In this document: positions 1 through 11,100 of the stretch, one piece after another
Layout: each line of letters opens with the position of its first letter
How positions within the stretch are numbered: the stretch's first letter is position 1
Assembly: GCA_003344405.1 (NCBI GenBank)
Contig: NOWV01000272.1
Span: 54,087-74,086, forward strand
DNA length: 20,000 nt
Direction: 5' to 3'
From: Trichoplax sp. H2
Lineage: Eukaryota
The notes under the pieces: model-generated
What the model saw: only the letters and a program-made list of their open reading frames with translations
The model's database searches: none
Told to the model about the DNA's origin: nothing
Translations under genes and position numbers: made by a program

Positions 1-181
1 ATATGAGTATACATGTGATGATATTGTACGTTCATTGCTATGAGGGAATATTAAAGTGACTAAAGAGACGAGCTGTATAAAGGATAATTGATTCATTATC
101 AAGTGCTTGTAACGGATTCAATTAGCGCAGTTATTACACCTATACGAGAATCAAAAAGGCGATGATGGATTATGTAGGCCA

Positions 182-495
182 GATATTATCCACGTAATTG
201 TATTAGATTCTATCTGCAGGATTCTGTTTGCAGTCAATCTGTTTTTGGTACTATTTCCATAAGTTGAGGCCCAAAGCTAGTACTGATATTATCCATGTAG
301 CCGTATTAGATTCCATCTACAGGATTCTGTTTGTAGTCAATATGTTTTTGGTACGGTAGTATTTCCGTAAGTTGAGGCTCCAAGCTAGTGCTGATATTAT
401 CCATGTAGTCGTATTAGATTCTATCTACAGGATTCTGTTTGCAGTCAATATGTTTTTGGTACTATTTCCATAAGTTGAGGCTAAAAGCTAGTACT
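182..495. repeat. Three-copy tandem repeat, 103-108 bp unit, probably inside intron 1 of the La-like gene
   Basis: Units beginning GATATTATCCA start at 182, 285 and 393 and each ends AAGCTAGT(A/G)CT. Copy 2 has a 5-nt insertion. A degenerate echo of the 3' junction (AAAGCTAGTACTGCTT..GCCTC) recurs at ~627. Confidence 0.95.
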
Positions 496-1032
496 GCTTT
501 GCCTCGACACTGGTACGGCGGCACATTGTCCATGCAAAGTGTTCTATGAACTATTGAGATATACTATACCACAGTATTCAACATCAAAAGTAACTTTGTT
601 CGTGCTACTTCAGGAAATGGATAGGAAAGCTAGTACTGCTTGGCCTCTGCAATCGTGGAGGATACTGCACACTGTGCAGTGTCCATTCAAAGTGTTATCC
701 ATTATTCGATACCAAAGGAGTATAGGAGCTCGCTATCCAACGCATGACGAAGAGGAGGAGATTGGTAGGGCCTATTGCAAGCCTTCTTACAGGCTAAATT
801 TAATGACCACCTGTACTACAGAAAGGTTGCAATACAGACAGTCTATCATGGTAATCGTAGACTTGTTAAAGTTCATCAATACTGCAGTCCCAGTTATACT
901 CTTCAAGTATATTGAGTTTCAACTATCAGTATAGTAGCCAACATAGAAACTATTCGATGATGTAGGTATCGACGCAACAATCCAATGACAAGAAGGAATA
1001 TTGCATCAGCTTGTCAGTAACAACGACATTAC

Positions 1033-1086
1033 CTCAATTTGTTTGATAATTTTCAATTCTAACTCGCTTGGCTCAGCTTCTGCCAT
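1033..1086 (-). CDS. Probable first coding exon of a La (lupus La/SSB, La-motif) RNA-binding protein; remainder lies left of the window
   Basis: catcATGG start, 18 codons MAEAEPSELELKIIKQIE, then a GAG|GTAATG donor. This resembles the La N-terminus (human ...LEAKICHQIE|YYFGD). The expected YYFG exon was not found in 1-1030, so the call rests on 18 residues. Confidence 0.6.
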
Positions 1087-1454
1087 GATGATTGATAGTG
1101 GTTGATATTGGCTTGTATGGATTGCAAGTGTGATAGTCTATCGGATTCACTGATGATCGTAACTGAATGCGATTTTGATCAGTAGCAATGGCGTTTTCCC
1201 TCTAGTAACAAGGTTAAAATGAAGATCGGAGTGACAGTTTCGATCGACTCCGACTATCCCCCACATGGTCCATTGACTGACGGATCGAATTTTACTGGCG
1301 CACTTGCGTAGTGAAGGTTCGACCGACCGTATCAGACGGACTGTAGACGGACTTTGGATTGGGAAGGGTCGTGAAATCCGAACTACAGTATGCCATTGTA
1401 CAATGTGCAGTGTTTCGGTCAAAAAACTGCTTTGACAGATAGTGTTTGAGTATG

Positions 1455-1526
1455 TATTTATAGACGGACAGTCAACATTTTGTTCATTCAAGGCAAGAAC
1501 CAACATGGCAGCTCATTCAGGTTAAG
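1455..1526 (+). promoter_or_regulatory. Core-promoter-like arrangement with a short candidate first exon (MAAHS, phase-1 donor)
   Basis: TATTTATA at 1455-1462; initiator-like TCATTC at 1484-1489 (A is 31 nt after the TATA start); caacATGg at 1505; CAG|GTTAAG donor after 1520. Divergent from the La-like ATG ~420 bp away. Confidence 0.45.
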
Positions 1527-2599
1527 TTAATTTTGGATAACAAGGGTGGGCAGGTCTATTTTTGAGTGTATGCTTGCAGACATACGGTATAATGATTGAA
1601 ATGACCAGTAAGTCCGCTTCTCACTTTGAAAATGACCATTTCCGGTCGTCTCTTTTACTCCTGCTACGGTCGGTAATCAGCTAAGGAGGTCAAGATTAAC
1701 AGACCAGACAGACAGGCCCACATGAAATTCTTGACCATAGACTGTCCTAGTTCGATCAGGAACTTCTAAAACTAATACTATTAGTGTTAGAGAAATCTCT
1801 GACACTATACAGATTTACTCAGTGTCGACTCAGTGTATAATAGCAGTCTTGAACTAGCCAGAGACTGTAGAAAAAAAGGGAGTGGAAAAAACGATTGGAT
1901 TATGGATTTGAATACTCTTGTTTTCATTGCAAGCTATTGTACTGTAGTGCATCTATGCACTGTTTCTACTTTCTTATCGTTCTCTCTGTCTTCTCATGCT
2001 GTCCTTCATGTCTTACTGTAGATATCTTTATTTTCTTATTTACTCTGAGTCCTGTAGTAGGGACTACGACACTTCATAAAAGAGAAAGACCGGAAATGGT
2101 CATTGACTGTAGTAAAAATGCGCAGATCGACTGTTGACAAGTCCGTTCAAGTGTATCGTCGATCTGCAATGGTGCACTATACTATCCACGCTAGCCATCC
2201 AAATGTGAATGTATCGCTTCTTGCTCGCTCGATTTTGTACTGTAGTCTTCTTTGCCATTCGAGTGGTATGTGCTACTCCAGTCAATATACAATTGACTGG
2301 AAGTAAAAGGGGAATAAGGAAAGCTTTATTCCTAGTTAGCTAGGGGGAAAAGAAAGAAAGAAATGCGAGAGGCTGCTTGAACTCTGGACTTGAGCAGCCA
2401 TTACCTGCCTCACTGCCACTGGTCATTTTCTTTACAGTGTACAGTACTGTAGAAATCAACCCAGGAAATGGGACAGGTAGTACAGTATAGCGTACCATAC
2501 AGATAGACGACAAGAGTGAAATGACCCACCCGCAAAAATCGTCGACCTCTTCCCGTTCGACTCCTCGATTGGACTACTGTACAGTCCGTACTCTACCGT

Positions 2600-3025
2600 G
2601 TGCATGCACCATTGCACACCATGGCATGGACATGCGCAAAGCTCTCTCGGCTTCTTGGGATTCAACGGGACCCACTGACGGACGCTTTAGCTCAATATTC
2701 CTTTGGATCTCCATGATCAATGGGAGATGGTGCATGCGTAGACCATGGCATGGACATGCGCACAGCTTCCTTGGCTTCTTGGGATTCAACGGGATCTCCA
2801 TGCTCAATGGGAGATGGTGCGCATGCACCACGACATGGACATGCGCAAAGCTCCCTTGGCTTCTTGGGATTCAACGGGATCCGCTGACGGACGCTTCAGC
2901 CCAATATTCCTTTGGATCTCTATGATCGATGGGAGATGGTGCGCATGCACCATTGCACACCATGACATGGACATGCGCACAGCTCCCTTGGCTTCTTGGG
3001 ATTCAACGGGATCCTGGATCTCCAT
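2600..3025. repeat. Four-copy GC-richer minisatellite with variable unit length (~85-132 bp), just upstream of the ING start
   Basis: Invariant core GGCTTCTTGGGATTCAACGGGA at 2649, 2773, 2858 and 2990, each preceded by CATGGACATGCGCA. Copies 1 and 3 carry an extra CTGACGGACGCTT..AGC.CAATATTCCTTT block that copies 2 and 4 lack. Confidence 0.95.
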
Positions 3026-3102
3026 TATCGATTTTGCTGTGGTGTTGAAATTGGCTGGCCAGCTCCTGTTGCAAGTGCTGGTGGCGATCATGGTTCAGTA
3101 GT

Positions 3103-6100
3103 ATGTGTGCTGCAATTTATGTCGACAACTATTTAGAAGGTATGTCAACTTGTTGGTATCAATAATGAAGCAGATAGAACCCGTTGGAATGGCAAGAATT
3201 GCCATTTTGTATGCTACCTCTCCAACCCTAGACTGTATTGTCGCATAGATTATCATGTCAAACGGCGGCGGGTCTACGGTCTATTTCCATACCCAAATCT
3301 CAGTAATCGCGCAAATACTTGGCGTCTATGGATACCTTCCATACTCTCCTTCGTCTACAAGTCCTTGTCGATGCCTATTTTTTTTTCCCCTCAATGCAAT
3401 ATCACCTAATTGTAGAGATATTCTTAACCCTTGATTGGATCAAGTTGTCCTTTTCTACTCCTTGTACAGGTATCCAAAGGCAAGGTAGTGGACGCTCGAG
3501 TCAGTACCGTCGTAGCCATGAAATGATAGTAGTTTAGGACATCAGTCAACAACAAAGTCCTCTACCTCATGTCAACTTCTTCTATACTATTCTCTTCTTA
3601 GGCCAAGGGTATAGTAACTTGTTCTTTTCTTCCAAGATGGCCCATTCAATCCGATTAGTCCTTCATTTGCTTGTAAAAAAGGAGGGAATTTATGTTACTT
3701 TACGGGGGGAGGCTAGTAAGATGGAAGAGACTGTTGTATGGCGATTTTGTTGATGGTAGTCGTATACCTAGTGTGAATCTTCTTCTCCGACAAGATTCCC
3801 ATGCAAGCCCAGTAGAAGCTTGTTATTTTGCTCCAATATGGCCATTCAATCCAATCAATCCTGCATTTTCTTCTCAAAGAGGAGTGGATTCATCATTCTT
3901 TACGTGTCGTAAAATTGACAATTCCATGATAGTCCTCCACCTAGTGGCAACCTTCTTCGACAATATTCTCATCTTGGTCCAATATTGGAACTTGTTACAA
4001 TGGGGCTATTCAAAGAGTTCATTTCCTTGTAAAAGTAGCAGTAATTCATGTTTCTTTACTCTACACGTAGTAAAGTGCAATTGAATTGTTATGCTATGGC
4101 CTTATAGATGGTGCATCTTGTCTATTTTACTTCTTTTTCTCTCTCTTCCGCTTTGCTTGTATTAACTGTAAAAAAACAACAACAAAAAGATTGCAATAGA
4201 CGATCAGTCGCTTACACAAGTAAGGAGGGAAAGGTGTTACTGATGTATGCCTGTACTAGCTTGGCCTTCATTTCTACCAATTAAAATGATTATTGGTGAT
4301 AGAGACTGATGAAAATTAACACAAATTTTATTACACTTGAAAATGAGTGTGTTAAATATTCTTTACCAATGCATTTCCTGCTTTGCCAGCTGACTTTGTT
4401 GTTTCAATTGTCTTTTTTTCTAGCCATCGAGAATCTTCCCGACGAGGTACAGCGTAATATATCTCGACTTCGTGATATCGATAGCCGATTTCAGAGTAAG
4501 TACCTTTTAGATTCAATTTTTGGTATAAGCTGCCTTACAGTAGAAGATAAAAGCGGCATGAAAATATGTACTACAGTAATTCACTGCCACTGCAGACAGG
4601 ATTATTTTAGGCTTTCCATAGTGCCATTGCATTGATATCAACGTTATTCCTAATTTGAATGTAAAATAGGAAACAATGATCTTGTATTAATGGCCGTCAT
4701 TTAAATTAGTTTGGTAATGTTTTGGTACTTAAAAGGCTGCAAAAAGTATTTCACTACTGTAATTGGAAATAATGTAACTAATTTATGTGATCCATCGTAG
4801 CAATCAATTCCTTCTTTTTGACATGATCCAAGAAGTGTACTTTACGTTTACACCTGAACCCCGACGCACCCAATTTATCCAACAGTGCCAAAATTGCAAA
4901 TAGTCAGGCATAGCTACAACTATTTGTAGGACTAATCGTTAACTTAGTACCCCCTACGAGTCTATTCCTGTATTTCTTAGCGAGTTACCTAATGCTGTCA
5001 TAAAGTATGTTTGAAAATATCGTATGAAAATATTCAATACATAAACTGTAGGGAAGCCTAACTACACTATTCAGATTCACTCACTCAAAAAATTAACCCA
5101 TCATTTTACAGGTGTTTTAAACAACCTACAACGTTTGAATGAGAATTTCTTACTTGAAAATGACAAAAATCGACGACGAAAATACTTTCTACGGATGCAA
5201 CGTTGCTTGATTGAAACTCAAGAATTTGGAGATGAGAAATTAGAAAATATATCACAAATGGTTGACCTGGTGAGATATTCGTTACTGTATCGCTAATTTA
5301 TTTGACATATATTATATAGCCAATAATTTATTCTTCATGACTAAAGATTTTATAATTCTCATTAAGAGCTAAATCGACCAACATGCGTTCTATGTTTTAT
5401 TGAAATGTTATGTTAAAGTTATTGTGAAATTTAATTGATTATTTTGCTTTATAATCTATGCCAACTATAGGTTGAAAATCGTAATCGACAATTAGAATTA
5501 GATGTAGAAAATGTTGAAGCTTCCAGTGAAGATGCTGGTTCTCCCCTTAATGATGGCTCTCCTGGGGAATTCCACGGTAGTTATGAAATCATTGTCAAAA
5601 ATTGCAAATTTTCAACTGTTGAAAGTCTTGTTTGCATGGATAGTTATTGTCAAGACGGATGAACTCACTACGATACCCAATTTCATTTTAAGCTTATGAT
5701 GTGACTTTTAATTCCAGATCAGCTTGTTATAGCTACACCAAATGAAAGCGTCAGCAAACATCCGGGAAAACGTACGTCAGACATTATACTCCTAATTATG
5801 CTACGTTAATGTTATGAAGTTTTGATCCTGTTCTTAAACATAGACATGTATAATATTTTATGATATAGGTCATCGTCGTACTAGAAGTAGCCAAGAAAAT
5901 TCTGGCAACGCGAATACAGCTAATGCTTCTAGTGAAACTTCTAACGAAAAACCACCCAAGAAAAAACCACGGACTAGAAAGTAAGCATTTGATATCAACT
6001 TCAAGGCACCCTCTCACGATATGCCGAGACTATACAGTGCTTAGTCGTGATAGCGTTAAACGAACAATAGATAAGTCTACCACATAATTTTACATATAGT

Positions 6101-7034
6101 GACTGTACATTAATATCAAGGGCAACTGTAACAAATTAATTGCTCATAGCATGCCAAACTGCTAACGGACATGCTATACCAACAAAATTTAAATAACTTT
6201 CGTAGCTTGGGTTACTATTGACATAATGAAAAGTCTTTCGAGTAGTCTGTAATATTTTTTATTGGGCTGTCGATATTACGATTAAATCATTAGTTTGCTC
6301 TTAATGGTTGATCTCAAAGTTCGCAATTAAAGTTTATCTTGTTTTCGTAGAACGAAACCAAGTTCCCCTGTTTCTGAAGACCTGCCAATTGATCCCGATG
6401 AACCAACATATTGTCTATGTGGCCAGGTAAATGGATAGATGTTACCTATATTACCCATAGTTAGATTAATTTTTGTGATCAGCAGTTGAAGTCTAACCAA
6501 GTAGTAATAGGCTGGTAGTAACTGAAATAATACTGACAGTATAAAAACCTATTTAGCAAAATGGTAATTTTACAGATGAAAGATAGGAGTCTATTCAACT
6601 ACGATCTTTGTAATATATGAATTTGTTGATATGTCCGTACTTTGTACAAGTCATAACCTTTGGGTTGTTTATTGCATTTGGATAGGTTTCTTTCGGCGAA
6701 ATGATTGGCTGCGATAACGACGACGTAAGTCTTAATTATAGACCGTGTACACGTTATTTTGTCATACTTTGTTTTTTTTCACTAAATATTAAAACTGTGT
6801 ACTTTTGTTGCAGTGTCCAATTGAATGGTTTCATTTTCAGTGCGTTGGTCTAAATAGTAAACCGAAGGGAAAATGGTACTGCTTGATATAGAATTCTGCG
6901 CTTACGTGTATTCATTGCTAGGTTGTAGTAATTAGCTTTTCTTTCTTTTTACCTTCAATGTGATTATTTTTCGTTACAGGTATTGCCCTAAGTGTAAAGA
7001 TTCTCATGAACGTAAGCGTGGCTCTAACAGATAA
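3103..7034 (+). CDS. ING1: Inhibitor of growth (ING) family PHD-finger protein, ING1/ING2-like; 10 coding exons, 256 aa
   Basis: Exons 3103-3139, 4424-4495, 5112-5269, 5471-5576, 5718-5771, 5869-5980, 6351-6426, 6686-6724, 6814-6875, 6980-7034. All introns are GT-AG and phase-consistent, total 771 nt. N-terminal ING domain [32 protein letters not shown]...[33 protein letters not shown]; basic NLS-like linker; PHD finger [53 protein letters not shown]. The symbol denotes the ING1/2 subfamily. Confidence 0.93.
3558..4050. repeat. Old, degenerate three-copy tandem repeat (~170-200 bp period) in ING intron 1
   Basis: Recurring anchors: ACCT(C/A)..G...AA..TTCTTC at 3564, 3766, 3939; (A/G)CTTGTT at 3617, 3818, 3990; TGG..CATTCAATCC...CATTT.CTT at ~3638 and ~3839, weaker at ~4001. 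Confidence 0.6.
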
Positions 7035-7557
7035 ACTGTTCAAGCTTATATTATTCTGAAGTTTACGTATATCCGGTATTTCTAAATGATTCGAGTAAAA
7101 CTACCTATGACAGCAAAATGTATGTATTAGTAAAGTCCGATCGTACTTTACATTTAAACTATCCAGGGACGTATACACATATTAATCATACTGTCTCACA
7201 TAACGTCAATATAGTTGTATGTTTCAATGCATGCAACTCGATCCTTTGGCTATTTTACAAGTTATTGTCCTCCTGTTAAATCTTTGCTTGTATTAGCAAT
7301 TGGATTCTCCGCTCCTCAGTAGATTGTATTTGTGACTAGTTGGTTATACGATCCTTGACATTGTCGTACATATGATCCACACTTCCAAGTTATGTACTGT
7401 ACTGTAAAACTTTCAACTTTGCTGTATAGCTTGAAAATAATATCGCAATTCAACAGTTATAATATTTATGTAATTGATTTTTATGTTGAAACAATGTGTA
7501 ATAGTTACGTCTTCCATTGTATTTCCATAGCACTAATTCTTAGCTTTCGTAACAATT

Positions 7558-7659
7558 AATAAAGCCTTCAAACCCAAACAACGCCGTCTTGCTTCGATAA
7601 GTACATCATCAATTTGCTAAATTCTATACTTCTGCATTACTTATATACAAACATTTATT
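7558..7659. terminator. Candidate convergent polyadenylation signals for ING (+) and TAF5 (-)
   Basis: AATAAA at 7558-7563 on + and TTTATT at 7654-7659 (AATAAA on -), between the two stop codons. Such hexamers are common in AT-rich DNA, so this is tentative. Confidence 0.35.
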
Positions 7660-8142
7660 TAACGCCAAAATATACTCGCAAGGATATTCAGTTCTAAGTC
7701 AGTCACTACTGTACTGGGTTGAATACGAAGAGTACATCGTAAAGTGGTAAATATTGCTATTGTACTTGTTTCTCAATTTCACAATAATCATGCAGTATCA
7801 TACTGCACAGAACGTAATGCATTGAGCTATAATTACCGCTACGGTTTACTTTAACTATACAAAAAAGTTACCATATCCAGTCGAAGTATGGTCAATCTCT
7901 TATTTAATCTTATGTAGTGTAAGGTGCAACAAGCTCACTACACAAGTAACTTACGAATGGATCAGTTAAAATTCTGTCATCAACATACAAACTGCAAACT
8001 TGAATATGCAGAGATACATTAGTTTTTAGTATTTCCATTACCTACGAGTATACTTAGGCTCAAGACTTTAATAGAGTTAGAGAGGTATTTACATACAACA
8101 AAAGGGTTTGTGATAAAGGACATCAACATCATGGGTTCATTT

Positions 8143-11100
8143 TTAGTCGTCTGATTTAAAAGCACCGACGCCGATTAATAAATTTTGCCTAGTAAAGTGT
8201 ACAGCACATACGGGTGTTTGCTTGGTCATGTAAGAATCAATCAAATAATTTTCAGGTTCAGACCTAAATAAACAATCATACGATGTATACATGAGAAAAA
8301 ATTGTTTAATTAAGGTAATGCAGCTTACTTATTATCATCGACGATACAGTTTATTATTAAATTCTTTTACATACTTTGGCTTGTCTTCATTAATTTCTAT
8401 ATTAACCATCTCTTCGTGCTTGCTAATAATTTTCTTAAGATTCCAAAGTCTAATAGAGTAATCTTCTCCGCCTGTGTCATCAATGATTATATTATATTAG
8501 ACAAAAGTCTTTTCTGTGAGCCGTAATTGCAATAAAATGAATACCTGATGCAAGGATATTGCCGTCCCTGTTAAGAACGACAGAATAAATAGCTCCAAAA
8601 TGACCATTCAGATGATTTACAACAGTTCCACTTCGCAAATCCCAAATAAATATAAATTTATCGAATCCGCCAGAAATCATGTAACGACCATCGATTGAGA
8701 ACGTGAGACAGTTGACCGTGGCCTATATTAATAGATCAATAGATTACAAATGACAGATCTTTCTTTACTTTTGGACCGATTAAAGACTAATGGTCATAGT
8801 TGTCATACCTTATGGCCCGTAAACAATCTTACACATTTCCCAGTAGGGATATCCCAAAGTCTACAAGAGCGATCACTCGAGCCAGTCGCGATATAATTAC
8901 AGTTTGGATGAAATTGGACACACTAATACAACCGAAATTAATCACGAACATATTAAAGCAATGTTAGTCCTTTCGATAAATTATTAACCAGTAAATAGAT
9001 TAATTTGATTTACATCGACATCGGATAAGTGTCCAACAAATACGCGCAAAGGCTGTATACTGTCGGTAGTCCATAGGCGGGCCGTTCGGTCATGAGATCC
9101 AGAAACGAAATAATAGCCGCGTGGACTGCACAAATTCAATTGCGAAGCATTACTACCTTGTCGACACATAAATTTAAGCACAATAACGTTGGATATGTTA
9201 AAATTCGATCAAGAATAATACCTGAATTTTACATCCCAAACAGGATAACTGTGCCCTTTAAAGCAGACGATGCATGTGAATGTGTGTAAGCTCCAAAGAC
9301 GAACTATAAAAGAGGAACATTCGTTGACATTTTTTACAACCATACTAAAAGCTGTATAAATAATTTATGAACGTATTTACTTGTTCCATCTTCAGAAGCT
9401 GAAAGTAAGAAAGTCCCTTCAGGATTTATGCTAACTGCATACACTGGGCCACTATGGCCGATAAACTTGCGTGTGTCCGTAGCAGCTTTATCATCCATTA
9501 TTCTTTCCATAACATCTTCTGCTTCCTTGTTGACTGATGCTAGATCTGCAGCTGATTTTACCGGCCTAAGTTTCTTACGACTAATGCTTCTGATTTGAAC
9601 CGAACAATCCTCATATGCAAGACAGAGGCGAGTAGAATCTTCGGAAAGTGTTGCACAAGTGAGACTATATTTAAGAAAGAATTTACAGTCAAGTCAATGG
9701 AAAGCACTTTTATAAGGTGTTATCCTCTAGAAAGTTACCCCTTCGAGGCTCTAAAGACAGTAAAAAAGCATATTGAAGGCGATTTCAAATGGGTTCTGTC
9801 TAGCATTTCCTTTACCGCTCCTTCACGTGAAGTGATATCAGATTCTTTCCTAATCAAAAGGTAAACATACGCTGCTTGAGCAAAGCTGTAGTAATAATTA
9901 AGAACTAATATAGATTTAGACCTACATTTCAGGGAAAGGAACGCGATCAGCAGGAGGCGCATTAGGATTGTTACTAACTTTTTTCCGCTTTGCTGGTAAG
10001 GGTCGAAAATTAAATAATATATTACCTCACATACATGAAATCGTTAAGCAAGACCATTAATACATTGAAGGATAAAGTTATTAGATTTACCAGCCGAGCC
10101 GGAATCTTTTTTCGGCTTTTTCTTCTGAAAATGTTGAAGTTTTGCAAGTGTTACAATCGATGTCCAAATAATCGAAAACAGTTCCATTTTACCTTTGGTC
10201 GTTTATCGTCATCTTCTTCGCTATCATTTTCAATATCTAACATTGTAGAAATATCTAATTCCTTCGGAATCCCAAATAGAACCTTTGCCTTGTTTGCTGT
10301 AAAGTATTTTAAGATACGTTAGATGTTTGTTTGACTATAAAAAAGTTTACTCCAAGGATATTACAGAGTTGTAAATGCTATAAGCAACATAGTCTAACCA
10401 TTATTGCGAACTTCTCCTGTCAGGGCGCCTGCCGTCTGAGCAATTTGGGATTTCTGCCTAGGGTATCCACTAACCACTAATGGTAAGGCCAAATAGTGCA
10501 TGATGTTCAATGTAATTGATAGATATTACGTGTTATATTTGGATATTTATGACACGGTATGCTAACAAATCATTACCTTCTATATATAAGGATTGATTGA
10601 TAATATTTGACAGTAAAGTAAGTTTATTCTCCTAAAGGTATAGAAAAAATGATAATTATATAAGCCTGGATAATCGTAAAGCGAATGGGAAAAAGGTCAA
10701 TCAATACCATTAAAAAGTCTTTTAGTTTTTGATTGGAATCTCTTGACATTTTAACAACAAAATCGGACGTTCTACAAATCATAGCGAGAATATATTGACA
10801 TTTAACTTTGAACTATCCAGTAATTCCCAAAAAATATTTTCAGTGACGAGATATTACCTAAAATCTTTGATTACTTCATTTTTTAGCATGTCTTCTTTAC
10901 TATTAATAGTCTTTAATCGGTTTATATCTTCTTGATAGTAATCTTCTTGAGTAGGTCCGAACTTCTTTAGAAAGGTGCGCGCTAAAATGTGAATAGAAAT
11001 TCGTCCAGCACAAGCATAAGAATTAAGTTTCAATTCGTAAAAGTATATCAAATCATTTATAGTATTCTACAGTAACGGAGTTATACTCAATACTACATGG

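Noticed and set aside
539..1506. 131-aa (+) and 119-aa (-) ORFs
   Set aside because: Both begin at non-ATG starts (GTG, TTG), have no motifs, and overlap a putative intron and promoter.
2277..2301. 10-bp perfect inverted repeat TCCAGTCAAT-N5-ATTGACTGGA
   Set aside because: Too short and isolated for a MITE or pre-miRNA; could be chance.
2555..2564. GTTCGACTCC resembling a Pol III B-box / tRNA T-loop
   Set aside because: No T-stem pairing, cloverleaf or properly spaced A-box found.
2600..3025. CRISPR-like look (constant 22-nt core with intervening sequence)
   Set aside because: The intervening segments are homologous to each other rather than unique spacers, there are no cas genes, and the context is eukaryotic.
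2456..3101. Several overlapping 60-134 aa ORFs on both strands
   Set aside because: They are translations of the minisatellite, whose unit lengths shift frames; no recognisable domain.
3063..3137. Upstream out-of-frame stretch ([15 protein letters not shown]) that would extend ING if two bases were removed
   Set aside because: Needs an assumed sequencing error and the acceptor at 3061-3062 is weak. The ATG at 3103 already gives a canonical ING N-terminus.
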